Shown in pieces: positions 51,770 to 64,000 of a stretch of DNA of 64,000 nucleotides (within the stretch, counting starts at the first letter, position 1; the number at the start of each line of letters is the position of its first letter). The notes under the pieces were generated by a model. It saw only the letters and a list, made by a program, of their open reading frames with translations, searched no databases and was not told the origin of the DNA. Both the position numbers and the translations under genes were made by a program. This stretch comes from Tubiluchus corallicola. Lineage: Eukaryota > Animalia > Priapulida. Location of the stretch: assembly GCA_030141605.1 (NCBI GenBank), contig JAQGDQ010000291.1, forward strand, positions 167,071-231,070, in the 5' to 3' direction.

Positions 51770-52000
51770 CAGGGCAAGAAACGAAACAAAAAGTGAGTGC
51801 TGCCAAGCACAGAGAAGCAAGGAAAAATGAATAGCACGTGAAGCCAAGCAAAAATCCTAAAGCATTTTATGTGTATACTAACTGTAGACTAAAAACTATA
51901 ACTGCATTATGTGGCCTTAAAGATGAATCACGAAAGGTGTACAAGTTGAATCTAGAGAAGGCCAAGTTGCTAATTAATTTGCTTTTCTGCAGCGTTTTAC
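51770..52000 (+). mobile_element. Degenerate LINE (CR1/L2-like) ORF2 fragment
   Basis: Translates to KNPKAFYVYTNCRLKT...LEKAKLL, typical of the region between endonuclease and RT. Confidence 0.55.
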
Positions 52001-52043
52001 GAGATATGGTGTTTTTACTGATCGAAAGATAAAAGAATAGTGA

Positions 52044-52335
52044 TCAGGCAGTATTGTCTAATAGGTGGTTGTATGGATATGGTACGATATTGTATGGAAA
52101 CTCGAACTCAACAGCATCTATCAGGCGCTCAAGTTGCAGGTGTATGATAAACTTGTGTTCTGAATATCTATCAATGCTATCTTTTTGGAGCATCATAGCG
52201 ACCACACTGCCTTTCAAGATAAATCCAATGTGTTTGGTGGGCTGGAGATCAAATGAATTTTTAGGCCATTCATTTTGATCTACTCTAATCATACTAATAC
52301 TCAGGACTGCTGGTTCCTCCAGAGCATGTGTGCCT
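52044..52335 (-). mobile_element. Degenerate Tc1/mariner transposase C-terminal fragment
   Basis: EWPKNSFDLQPTKHIGFILKGSV is a decayed WPxNSPDLNPIEH motif. Confidence 0.65.
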
Positions 52336-55300
52336 GAGACACATAACACTTCTACAGTCTACACTAAAATAACAATCTTGATTTTCAATTGGTTGAGCAG
52401 TACTTTGATACAACAAATTATTCTGTACTGTTATTCATATAGTTATTGTACATACATAGCAAAGGTTGTGTTGCATATTCTGTAGTATAGTTATAAAAAT
52501 GTCAGGTATAAAGCAGTGTTCATATAATCATTAGGGCGAATGCAGAAATCTCCTCTAGAAATCACCATTTAGTAACAGAACAAGCCTGTATTTAAATATT
52601 TATATACAGTGAATATAAATCTTACACTCTCACATAATTTGGCTGTATCCTTGTCAGTAGCAGGATACCATGTATTGCCTTGCAGAAGATATTAATGAAG
52701 AAGCTAAATTTCTTTTTCCAAAACTTTTCAGAGTTCCATTGGTGATTTTTTTCTTTTTCTGAAAATGCCATTTCTTACTACATTGAGAGCTGTGATACCA
52801 ATAATAGTTAACTATACAATTAATGTAATTAATATAATAGGGCTAGTATACAATTAAGGAATGCTACTTTAAATATTGGCTTTGATTGACATAACGTTTC
52901 TTAACGTAAATATTTTTGTGATATAAGCTATCGATTTATGTTCCAGGCTTCCAGTACTGTTTCGCAGATTACCGTAGATCACAAGATCGAAGCCTACATG
53001 TATGGTTTTTAAACCAATAGTTTCCTCTCTCACGGTGCTTCTCTTTATGGTTTTTTCTCTTGCTAAATTGACTTTCATGATACAGCCTTGACCAGGAAAG
53101 TTGTTTTTAATTACTTTTTTGTAGTACTCACGGACACAAATGACGCCGACAAAGTACGGTATGCAGTTAGCTATTTTAAAATTAATTATGAAAATTACAT
53201 AAGCCTCGCATGAACTGCACGCGAGAACTTCTTTCTCACGGTTTGATGCGAGTTTGTACACTTTGCCTTTCCAGAAATAAGTAAGCGATAAATACATCCC
53301 ACTAGCTCCATAAATAATAATAACAAAAGTTACGGTGAAGTTTGGTTGCGATTTTATGCTTTAAAAATATTAAAATTTTTGCGAAATATTTGAAGAGATC
53401 TTTTACGAAGTATCAGAAATGCAAGTTGGACCGCGAGGAATTTTGGAAGCTGTGCGACTTCGACGCAAGGGCTGAAAGCTTCTCGGTTTTAACGAAATTT
53501 GAATGCAGTTTAGTGCAACATGAAACCAGAACTAAGTAAGTAATAGTTGTAACTGCTAGTTTATTACGTAATGCGCGAACATGTTTTTCACTCTCAGCGT
53601 CACTGTGATTTTATTTAACGCAGATAGATTGCTTCATGTTTCGTATAATGGAAGGCTAAAAAGTTATTTAGTAAGTGCTTTTAACCTTCATCAATTTTAA
53701 ATGATAATGTCGAAGGTGAAGATTTCTACGCGGCGGTTTTAAGATAAGTCACCATGCTGGAGAAAACACTTAATGTCGAAAGTTCTTTGAAACCAATAAC
53801 ATAATACAGTATAATTTTGATAACCACAGGTGAAAAACCAATTACCATCCAACATTTCAACTATTACGTACATTTTTGTCGATTAAAAACATTCACAGTA
53901 CATCTGCTAATATATTTCAATTCAGTGCGCGTTTATAGATGCCAATTTTATTAAATCTTGATGACTTGTTGTAAACAAATGTATTTGTAGCTTATGCTAT
54001 GGCTGTGTATGCAAACTGATTTTAGCTATGTAAACTAGGTTGTATAATTCAGTTAATTTATTTCAAGTTTATTTGCACAACTACAGTTACATAACATGGC
54101 AAAAATACAATTACAAGAATACAAAATAAAACAAATAAATGGGTAAAATGGCAAAGGCAAAAGTTAGTACAAGTATAAAATGTTATTGTACTGACAAATT
54201 AGAAAATTAGTCTAAATATCCTACTTAAATCTAATAAGAACTTATGTGCAAACTGCAAAGAACTAATTAAAACACATAATCTAAATAATTAAAAATGATC
54301 ATTAATACCTAGGCACCAACGTATCACATAAAAAACTGATTGAATCTGTTTGGATTGACTCTTAAAGTAAACTATTACTTATTTACTTAAATAGTTTACT
54401 TACATCTATTAAGAAATTATGAACAAGCTGCAAAGAATTAATTAAAATATATAATCTAAATAATTACAAGGTATTCATAAAAAATTCATAAAAATGATTA
54501 AAAAGGTATAAGAAGGAGCTTTTCAGAGGCAAAATCGAATTTACATTTAAAAACTTGAGGGCGATCGCGATTTATTCTCAGCCTAAAATTTATGTTTCTA
54601 ATATTAATACTTTGACAAGCACATGACAACATGCTACATGATTAAAATTGAATGTAGCTCCTGAGCCTGATAGCATCTGTCCTGCTGCTTATATATGAGA
54701 TCTTTTGCAAATTAGTCAATAAAGACATTTCCACAGAAATGGGGAACCCTGGAGTTCAATATCTTATATTTGCAGTAAAGGGTTATGGGGATAAAGATAC
54801 TTTATTAAAATATAATATGAAAGAATCTTGCTGCAGACTCTCGTCAATTCTCTTGCATCTTACACATCACTTTTTGTCTTGCGAGTGATTTTGTTAGCCA
54901 GGTTGGCTGTCTAAAAATATAAACAAAGCTTAGAGAGCGTTTGGTAAATATAATAGCACTTTGCATTGTGTTCAGGGTAACATTACTTCCAAAAAATGCC
55001 TCAAATACAAGAACCTGTCCCTCTTTTTTATGTAATTGAATAATTGTTGGCTGGATGCATAATTTTTCAGCATTTAAAAAATTCTGGAAGGAATATTACA
55101 GTGTTAATACAGCCTGGCAAGCTGTTCTTCAAAAATTTTTTAGTACGATTTGCAGTTTCTTTAGTATACTTACGTTTGGTCTTATGTCTTAATGTACAAA
55201 ACACAGTATATACGTTACATTTTTTATCAAAACAAAGCAAATATTTGAAAATAGGAACAAATAAACTATTTTAGTCAAATTAGACGAAAATCTGGACAAA

Positions 55301-56316
55301 TATTGTACTGCTAAGATTTTCTATTTCTGCTTCTTCAAAGCATTTCTTCTGATCGTTATAAACACATGCATTTTTAAAATCAGCAACTGATTTCAAGTTA
55401 TTTTTTCCCCACAACCTTTAAGCGTAATTTCGAGTTGTTCATGAACAGTTGTCTGTCTTGGCCTTTTTGCATAAATGTTTGCTTGATATAGCCTTGTGAG
55501 AAAATTGCAGGGTGTCATATCTTTCAAGTTCCAAGATTCCTGTTGAAAGAGCATCGGCTGTCAATCCAATGCAAACGTCGGGTCACTTGCGTTGAGAAAG
55601 TCCCCAGCAACTCTTGAGTAGTGAAGAAGGGTTTCAGTTTGTTTGGAAAACTACATTGATATTATTGAGACAGTTTAGTGTGTACTATGTTATGTTTTGA
55701 ATTTCCACTGAACTTAAATTGGTGATCAAAGTATCTCTTGTCGTGCTGAGATTTTGCCGTTAATTTTAATGTTGTCACCACAGCAGTGGTGTTCCAGTAA
55801 AAAAAATTGCCAGACCACTTGAGAATCATTTCAGAGTGTGCCAAGATCAGGGGAAATAAAGAAAATTGAAAAAGTGTGCAGTGTGACTTTTGAGGCACAT
55901 TATAAGCAAGTGTGAAAGAGAGTGTACAATGCAGATTGGAAAATATCTTCTCACGCCGTCAAAGTCAAAATTGCTTTTATGAGGTAGATCATGTTGAGTT
56001 TCATTCATTTCAAATGACAACTTCTTTCAAACTAATACATATATGATGCTAAGCAAACTAAGAAAGAGTGTATATGTAAGGAAATAAATGAAATAAAAAC
56101 AAACTCAGTGGTACAGATATGGAAACTATTATTAAACATTGTAAGTATATTCGTGTATAGTAAGTCAGTTATGCACTTGATGACCTTAGCTACTACAAAA
56201 TACATTTTTTTAAACAAATTCAGTGTGAAAAGTAATTTGTGTTTTTTAAGACGAAAAGGTTACTCTTCTTATTTTAACTTGCGACAGTAAGCTTTGCCGA
56301 ATTAATATGCCTTTTA

Positions 56317-56512
56317 TCATCATGATCATTATCACCATCGTCATCATCATCATCATCGTCGTCATCATCATCGTCATCATCATCATCATCATCATCAACA
56401 ACAACATCATCATTATCATCATTATCATCAGCATCATTGTTGCCATAATAATGATACTCATTATTCTTGTGAATATCGTCATTATGGTCGTAATCATCAT
56501 CATCATCATTAT
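56317..56512. repeat. (ATC)n trinucleotide repeat
   Basis: CAT/ATC run. Confidence 0.9.
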
Positions 56513-58452
56513 CAAGTAACTCTTTAAAAACTCTTTTGTTTTTGAGAAAAAGTCTTTTTTTACAGTGCAAACGAAAAAAACAATTTTAATTTTTAATGCG
56601 GAGTAAGAAAATTTTCGTCTGTTATAGAGTTGTTTCTCTGAAAGTTGACTTTACAAATTCGCTCTAATGTGTTCTGTGACCTATAAATCTGATATGTCAA
56701 TAAAATGCTAGTATGCATTGGCAGTATTTTGTAAGAATTTAGCTGTAGGGCAGCACGCTTGTTGTCATGCTGAAATTTGACGTACAACGATCCAACTAAA
56801 CGAGAAAACAAAGAGAAAAATGCTAGCAGAACAAAAGAAAAATGAATAGTGAAAGAAATTAGCCAACTAAGCAAAATTTTGTGTAAAGTAGTCAACATAG
56901 GGAAAGAAGAGGCAAACAAAATATGAAAAGAGTATAGCAGAAAAACGAATAAAATTAGGAAAATCCACAAACAAGAGGCAAATAGGAAAAGAAAGACAAA
57001 AAAAGGAAATGAGTTGGAAAGATAAAGAGAAAGCTAGGAGGGAGAAATGGGCGGGGAGAGAGAGGGAGAGGGGGAGAAAGGAGAGAGAGGGGTGAAAGTG
57101 GAGGTGTTTAGGGAACACTGACGTTTCACACCTGTGATGAGTGAGGTTCGTCCTTCGAATCAAAGATGACCATAGTGACAGGGATAAAGGGTCAGTTTGG
57201 TGGTGGTGGTGGTGGTGGGGGGGGGGGGGTTGTCAATCCTTTGATGAGCTCGTTTCACACCTACAGCGTTCTAAACTGGCAGGTCTTTACATCATTTCTA
57301 AACACATAAGTAGTAGAGTGTTTGTGGGGAAACTAGAAGTGACTTGCACTGCAAAAGACAGATAATAAAAGTCATACTATTAGGGACATACATATATACA
57401 CAGCACAACATAAACAAGGTGCATACATATCACGGCGCCAGCTTTTTTCTAACATCTAATAATATAACCCTAAAGTAAGGTTTGGATTTACATTTTATTA
57501 AACTGTGTTTGACTACCAGGGAGCTGAAGTTTACATGTCCTATTTAGCTGGAGTAGCTGTAGAAAACCAGACCGTGTTGGCCTCTATTCCTAACCATCCG
57601 AGCTGCCTGCAGGCTCAGAAACAGATGTATTCATCAGAATGTCCAGTTTGTGGTTAAGACTAGTATCCACGCCACGCACGCATATTTCTGTTACAAGAAG
57701 ATTAGAACCGCTGGGAAGCTGTGGGTATTGATTACGCCTGTGTCATCTAGGCATTTTCTCGATGGCTCAGTGAGCTACGTGTGTGCGTGTATGGAGTGCA
57801 GGTTACCGCGTCATCGTCAGCTGATTCAATGTTTTTACTTACGCTGCAAAAACCTTGACTGACTGCAGGGCTTGTATTTGACAACGTGTCATCGAGTATT
57901 TATGTACGTATGCGTTGATATATGTCGCCCCAATTTAGCGTGACGTGCAGCTTTTGACCAATTTAAAGAATTGTTGACTTTGAAGGGAGTTTAAATGATC
58001 TCAAATATTGATTGTTCACTTAACTGATGGTCACGTTTGAAGCGCATGTGGTTTTCCCATAATTATCTTCGTTGGTTCATTTCTTTGCAACTATTTTTTA
58101 TTTGTTTTCACTATTTTACGCCCTCACTTGGTATTGATTTTTTTTGCCTTTTTGGTTTCGCTTTTCGTAGAACGTTTAGCTAGGTTATATGTAAATTTAA
58201 CCCATATGGTCGGGGTAACAAAATAATGCACTAATTTGAACAAGAAACAGCTGTCCCAGTGTTAGGTACAAGTGAGGTTCTATCACTATTTAATTATTTA
58301 CAATTAATTAGGTCCACGAGGAGAGATGGCCCTGTAATGAATTACTTTTATTTGTTCTTGCTGATGTTGTCTTAGAAGCGCTCCTATATATATGTTACCT
58401 AGATATAGAAAAAAATCTTGTGACTGGCAGAATATTCATAGACTTACTACAA

Positions 58453-58611
58453 CACAACAAACTACTCACCAAATTACAGCACTATGGAATAAGATTTGAC
58501 TAATCGAAAACAATTAATAACACGCCATCATCTTTTAAAAATATAACGTGTGGTGTTTCACAGGGATCTAATTTAGGACCACTTTTGTTCTTACTTTACA
58601 TCAATGATTTA
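58453..58611 (+). mobile_element. LINE reverse-transcriptase fragment
   Basis: HNKLLTKLQHYGIR ... [23 protein letters not shown] (the GVPQGSxLGP and YxDD-proximal RT motifs), with internal deletions. Confidence 0.8.
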
Positions 58612-58616
58612 TAAAG

Positions 58617-58651
<35 letters not shown>

Positions 58652-59671
58652 AATATATAGACAAGCACTTTTTCACTGTGTTGGCTGCCTCAAAAATGCT
58701 AATTACGCGTCGTGTTGCGATCAACTGGAGTTAATTAATTTTAAACATCGTAGGCCTTGGTACAGGCAAGTTGGAATAATTTCGAACAGTAACATCAATT
58801 TTAATCAATATTTGTATTGTATGGCATTTCAGATTGGAACACGAAAGTGCAAGAACAATGTTCCCGTGTGAGAGATGTGCGAAATTTACTCCCAAATAGC
58901 TACATAATCTCGCAACTTATCCATGTAGTGCTGATAGTTTTTTTTTCGTGTGTTGCATACTAGCTTTCCGCTTCCTCAGAACCAGATAAACAGCCTTGTT
59001 AGCGTGGCAGACTGCACACAATCTAGGGGCCACCCACCACACCCTCATCTGAGATTTGCGACTAGGCACTCATTTTGGCCTCGCCTCGCTCGTCTGTTCT
59101 GGTTTTGCAAAGTCAGTAGCTTTAAAATTTCGTCAGAATTTTTCTGCACTTTCGGTCAGTTATGGTTTATTTATATCTGGCCAGTGTCCACATCTTTGAG
59201 TGAGGCGAACGTTTGCGAAAGTAGGCCATGTTAACAAGCTTGAAATAGGACATGCCAAACTATTAATACCCTCCTTCCTAAATATGCCTAGCTTATCTAA
59301 GATATGGTCGTAATTTGCAGTTATGCTCAAAGTTTAACAGTTAGGTGTAATCTTTATCTTCGGTCTGCATATGCTTATTTTCTCTGAGCTGCTTATCACT
59401 AAGCAAAACCGGTATGTCTTTGCTTTAAACTTCAAAAGCCTAACAGGGTTTTTTTTACATGCAGCAGCTGTTGTTAATGCACTCAAGGTTTGTTCAAGGT
59501 TTTGCAAAGTAAATTATTTTTTGCAAACTTTGCAGGCAATTAGAAATTTGGATGATTTCTGTATCATACTTGTTTCCAGTCACACTGAATCATGGAAAAT
59601 TGTTTTGTTAGTTTAAGCTTCGAGGAAATATAAATCCCAAAAAGGTGAGCAAAATTGCTGGATGGGGTGTG

Positions 59672-59830
59672 CTCATTATCGAAGTGAAACAGTGTTGGAT
59701 CCAGTCATTATATGGATGGGTAACTGCTGTAGTGTGTCTATTCAAACACATTTCTGCGGGTTTGGTGTCATCCCATCTCTTAAGGATTACCCTTAATAGT
59801 GAGCTAAATACCGGTCCTGCCACTTACGTT
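59672..59830 (+). mobile_element. Degenerate 5S rRNA-derived SINE (SINE3-like)
   Basis: ATCGAAGTGAAACAGTGTTGGATCCAGTCATTATATGGATGGGTAACTGC resembles the 5S rRNA internal promoter region (box A to box C); too decayed to be a functional 5S gene. Confidence 0.5.
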
Positions 59831-60693
59831 AAACAAGCTGTGTTTATAGTCTTATTGTTTTTAGATATACTGTTTTTGAAACAAAAAATCCCAAAATGGC
59901 GAATAGAAAGCTTGAAATATTGGAATTACAATCTAAAGATCCATGATTTAAATTCTGTGTTTGTTTTGACTTCTTCGGATTTTTATTTTCGTTCATTGGT
60001 GCTTTCAAAGCGTGCAAAATTTAATTGCTGGGTTCTATTATTCTGCTTTCTGCGCTTATTTGTTAGGTTATCTCTTTATTACTTTCGTTGTCTTTGCAGT
60101 ATATCGCAGGTCTGCATAAGTAATTACTAAATTTCGGTAATTTTGCTTGCGGTTGTTAATAGTTAATAGCTTTCGTATGTTAATTTTGCTTTTGTATGAA
60201 CGATTATTAAAATTATTGAATGGTTGCGAATGTTCAATTACGATGCAGTACAATACGTGTTGTTAGCGAACAAGAATTAAAATTTCACCACAATCATCAT
60301 CATCAAGTACCTGTGTGTACTGAATTTGAATAAATTACCGTTAAGCGCAATTTGTTTCATTGTAATGTTAGAAAAAATGGCTACAAAGCTCTCGGCAAGA
60401 TGAATTTAAGCTGCAGAATGCGTTTTGTATCGACTCAGAATGTGCTACATACAGCGGTTCATACAACGGTCACGTATACGCACAGTGCTGCCATGTATGA
60501 AACGGGGTTAGGCTACACAGGCCTTTCTCTATCATCAGCTTCATGTAGCCATGCAATTAGAGAGAGAGAAAGAGAGAGAGAGAGAGAGTCGCACAATAAA
60601 TGCTGTTAATCCTTCGCTAGTGGCTTAGTGGTTTCCACTCGTGGAAATTAAAAGCGTAAGACTCGTCTTTGGACACTTGATTAGCCGCGCTAT

Positions 60694-60958
60694 GTTTCCT
60701 CCCTAATTAAAAACTACCTTATTCTCATTGTGATCCAGGTTTCCTCCCTAATTAGAAACTACCTTATTCTCATTGTGATCCAGGTTTCCTCCCTAATTAG
60801 AAACTACCTTATTCTCATTGTGATCCAGGTTTCCTCCCTAATTAGAAACTACCTTATTCTCATTGTGATCCAGGTTTCCTCCCTAATTAGAAACTACCTT
60901 ATTCTCATTGTGATCCAGGTTTCCTCCCTAATTAGAAACTACCTTATTCTCATGGTGA
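60694..60958. repeat. 45-bp minisatellite, about 6 copies
   Basis: Unit GTTTCCTCCCTAATTAGAAACTACCTTATTCTCATTGTGATCCAG. Confidence 0.95.
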
Positions 60959-61036
60959 ATGTATTACTTTAGAGTTTAAAAGAAACTCGGCCCCCTATGA
61001 TTGTAGGTCAAAACAGTCTACTCTTTAAAATATTGA

Positions 61037-61477
61037 AAGGAAACGTACTATTTTTTTTTCAAAAATGACTTACGTGCATTTCGGAAGCGTTTTGCCAAAA
61101 ACAGGTGCTGTGCCTCTCAATTCAGAGGTGTTCGTTTGTGATATATTTCACACTTACGACAGCTCATGCGTGAGCATGGCGGTAAATTTGAAATTTTAAT
61201 TTTTATCTTAAAACTTGCTTAGTTTTAGTAAAACACGCTGAATCTCTTGCAGTAGCACTGTATTTCAATTTTTTCTTTTGGAAACACGTGCAACATACTC
61301 ATGGCTTGTTTTTGCTGTTGACAATTTTCTTCGTTTGTGGGTGGCCCGTCGCTAATTAAGATTTTAATCTATTATTTATTTATGAGAAACGCGTTTGCAG
61401 CATTACTAGTGTTAAAACGAATTCTTTCTACCGTACTTGAAAAGGAGGTAGTGTATGAAAAATCATCCTGTCTTCCT
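61037..61477 (-). mobile_element. Kolobok-like MITE, copy 2 (inverted relative to 664-1200, internally deleted)
   Basis: Reverse complement shares GGAAGACAGGATGATTTTTCATA, GCATGAGCTGTC and the AAGTCATTTTTGAAAA...TAGTACGT end with copy 1. Confidence 0.65.
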
Positions 61478-61810
61478 TTGAATGAGATTTTCATAGGGCT
61501 TTTGCATTTCGTAATGGGTTGAGTAATTGTTTTTTTCTTATGAAGGGCGGCGGTAATTGATCTAGATAAACTTATTTCCTCATATTTTCCAACAAAATCG
61601 ATTTTTTGTATACATCATGGCTGGTTCTTGTAGATACGTTAGTTACGCTGATGTTAAAGGAAACCGGACGATTGTTTAGACTCAATCTCATTTTAATTTA
61701 CTGTCCAAAGTATACATTATCTTGCCTATAAAAGTTACCAATTGTTCCTTTTATTTGAATAATTAGCTTAGAAAGTTTATTAATGGCAACCGAACACAGC
61801 TATTGCTTAC

Positions 61811-62075
61811 CTCAGAAACTAACCACAGCTTGTGCAATTGCAGGCGTCTTCCCCTGCGCATCAAGCACATTTGCATAGTGCTGCAGTGTTACAGTACTGC
61901 TTAAACGCGTGATGTCACGAAAAATGGGCTCTTCATCATATGACGTCAGAAACTAACACTGCAGTTATGATCACGGTACCGCCTTCTATTTATCGGCCAA
62001 GCGCCGTTGCCAGTCTTAGTAGATTCACTGAGTCTCGCGTAGCTGTGAAAGTTTAACGAAATTTGAGTATCCGAG
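61811..62075. promoter_or_regulatory. Candidate bidirectional promoter
   Basis: CpG-richer patch with TGACGTCA at 61941, flanked by outward-facing donors: minus-strand GAG/GTAAGC at 61811 and plus-strand GAG/GTAATT at 62075. Confidence 0.35.
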
Positions 62076-64000
62076 GTAATTATTATTTAATCTAAGCTTT
62101 GATATAAAATAAGCTATTGTAGTTTTCAATATTTTAGAGCATTTTTATTCTGAACTAATGATTACACAATCAGCCGGTTTTCCTTTAACTTTCCCCGAAA
62201 ATTGTTGATTACTGTGGCGGAAAATTTTTACCTACACATTATTTCTTTTGTGTCTTTAAAGTACGTTTTTACATAATTTTCTTTATTTACGTTTAGGTAA
62301 CGTTTCATTACTTATTCTGTTGCCAGTTTGTAGTCCACTTATTTCTCCCCTGTCTCTGGTGTTGCCCTCTAATCAATTTACTATGGCTTCTTTTAACTGC
62401 ACAACAATGATTGAATCCGTGTGGCTTCTTCACCTGCTTGTTTTTGCGTGATTAGCCTGCATTTTTTTCCAAATGCAATAAAATCAAGCGTGGTGGATGT
62501 TAAGTTTTCCCGAACGGATTAGGGCATGTTCACACTTCTTGTTCACATGCGTTCTCGCTTGGTGGTGATCACGATTCAAATATGCCCCATCTAATAAATT
62601 GGTTGGTTCAACTTGTTATATTTGGTTGTACCTTTTCAAAAGTTTTCTGAATTCGACTGAAAGACAAGAAGAAGATGAGCAGAGACCACCTAGAGACCTC
62701 GTGGGACTGAAAAAATTACATCTTCAATTTCCGCTTTTTCACCGTTTTTAGTTTTGGGTTAGTTGCCGTGTTCTATTTAGTACTACGTATCTACAACCAT
62801 TCCCTTTTAACAGTGTATTTTGAGAAAACAAATTCCAACAATAACAATGCACCATTTTCGTGATTCATAAGAGTGTCGTTAGTTCGAAAGGTGGAAAAAA
62901 CTATGAAGTTGTCGTTGATCATAAGCTGCATAAGTAGAACAATCAGTCATCAGAAATAGTTATTTTAGTACTTGGCACACCTTGGACATGTTCGTATTCA
63001 TGTTTAGAAGTTATTGCTCTTGGCTGTTAAGGCTGTCGCGCTGTGGTCGCTTATTTAACTTGTCTGAGTTCGATTTGCTTTGTGCTTGCATTTACTGCTA
63101 CAAAGTGTAACAGTGTTGAAGCTGCTTGTGAGAGGGCAACGAAAGGTGAGCGTTTGCTTGGGGAGGTCATTCGCTTAGATGTGTGAAAACTGGGCAAAAC
63201 GTTGCCCTCTTACTGAGAGTTTAGTTACACACAGCACGTACCTCGATTATGCAATATATCCAGCTGGTGTCACGTGCCAAATACGTTGATACGCTCATAT
63301 CTGACGTAACATGAGAGGCCTGTATCTGTCAGTAACTCGGGAACAAATCCGATCGTTTTGTTTTAGACTTCCTACTTGGTCTTTCCAAAACAAGAGACGA
63401 ACACTCATCTAGGTCAAGATAACACGCAGGGAAAGTTATCTTACGCAGTGCGGTCGCCTGCTGTTTCTTCCACGTGGAGCCTCGTTAAGCTGCGTTCGCA
63501 CGTATACCGGAACAACGTCAACGGCATTCTACTGTCGTCCGAATACCTTAATTCTGTCTTACCGTATAGGGTTTAGTCTATTCTGTATATGATTCTTAAC
63601 ATCTATATCTTAACGTTCTACATCTTAAGACAGCTGAAATTTGTGATGAAATGTGACTACAGCTGTTACGTCCAAACATGATAAATACAGATTTGCAGAA
63701 GCTTTTTCTACAGGGTACAGTACGCTAATTGCTGTTTTCATTAATTATGACAGCGTTCTGGTTACGATGCCCAATGCAGGCGCTAAACACAGCAGGTGTG
63801 AACGCATCTCAATGCTGGTGGTGACTGGTGACAAATTTGCATAAGGTCAACGACTGATAACGTGTTATCATCCGTGCCCACATCTCATGTGACCCTGTAG
63901 ATAACGGTGATCACGTGCAGATCCTTGTTTAATTACGTTATTAAACCCTTACTGCGCATGCGCCGTTGTGCCCGTGCATTATCAGTGACTAATTGACTAA

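Noticed and set aside
55300-55650. Coding-looking minus-strand stretch
   Set aside because: All frames interrupted by stops and no motif recognized.
56246-56570. Poly-Asp, poly-Met and poly-Ile ORFs
   Set aside because: Products of an (ATC)n microsatellite.
57118-57265. Possible hammerhead ribozyme (TGATGAG and GAAACGTC motifs)
   Set aside because: No intact CUGANGA core in the right order and no stem I pairing on either strand.
59672-59730. 5S rRNA gene
   Set aside because: Partial and heavily diverged; better explained as a SINE head.

Overview
AT-rich, intron-rich animal (invertebrate-type) genomic DNA, not prokaryotic. Four multi-exon genes were reconstructed by hand, all on the minus strand, with GT-AG boundaries and consistent phases. 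(1) A basigin/neuroplastin-family Ig membrane protein (7 exons, 443 aa) with four Ig domains. (2) A DEG/ENaC/ASIC-family sodium channel subunit (12 exons, 531 aa). (3, 4) Two tandem paralogous FAD-dependent sarcosine-oxidase-like oxidoreductases (8 exons each, 425 and 429 aa) ending in SQL and SRL. The rest is MITEs, SINE/LINE/Tc1 relics and many intronic tandem arrays. The most unusual observations are an 81-bp tandem array that copies the splice acceptor of ENaC exon 11 four times in one stop-free frame, and an inverted copy of ENaC exon 3 fused to a signal-peptide-like leader, head-to-head with basigin. Candidate alternative first exons of basigin and a gene-conversion-like tract between the oxidase paralogs were also found. 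All identifications come from motif recognition, without database searches.
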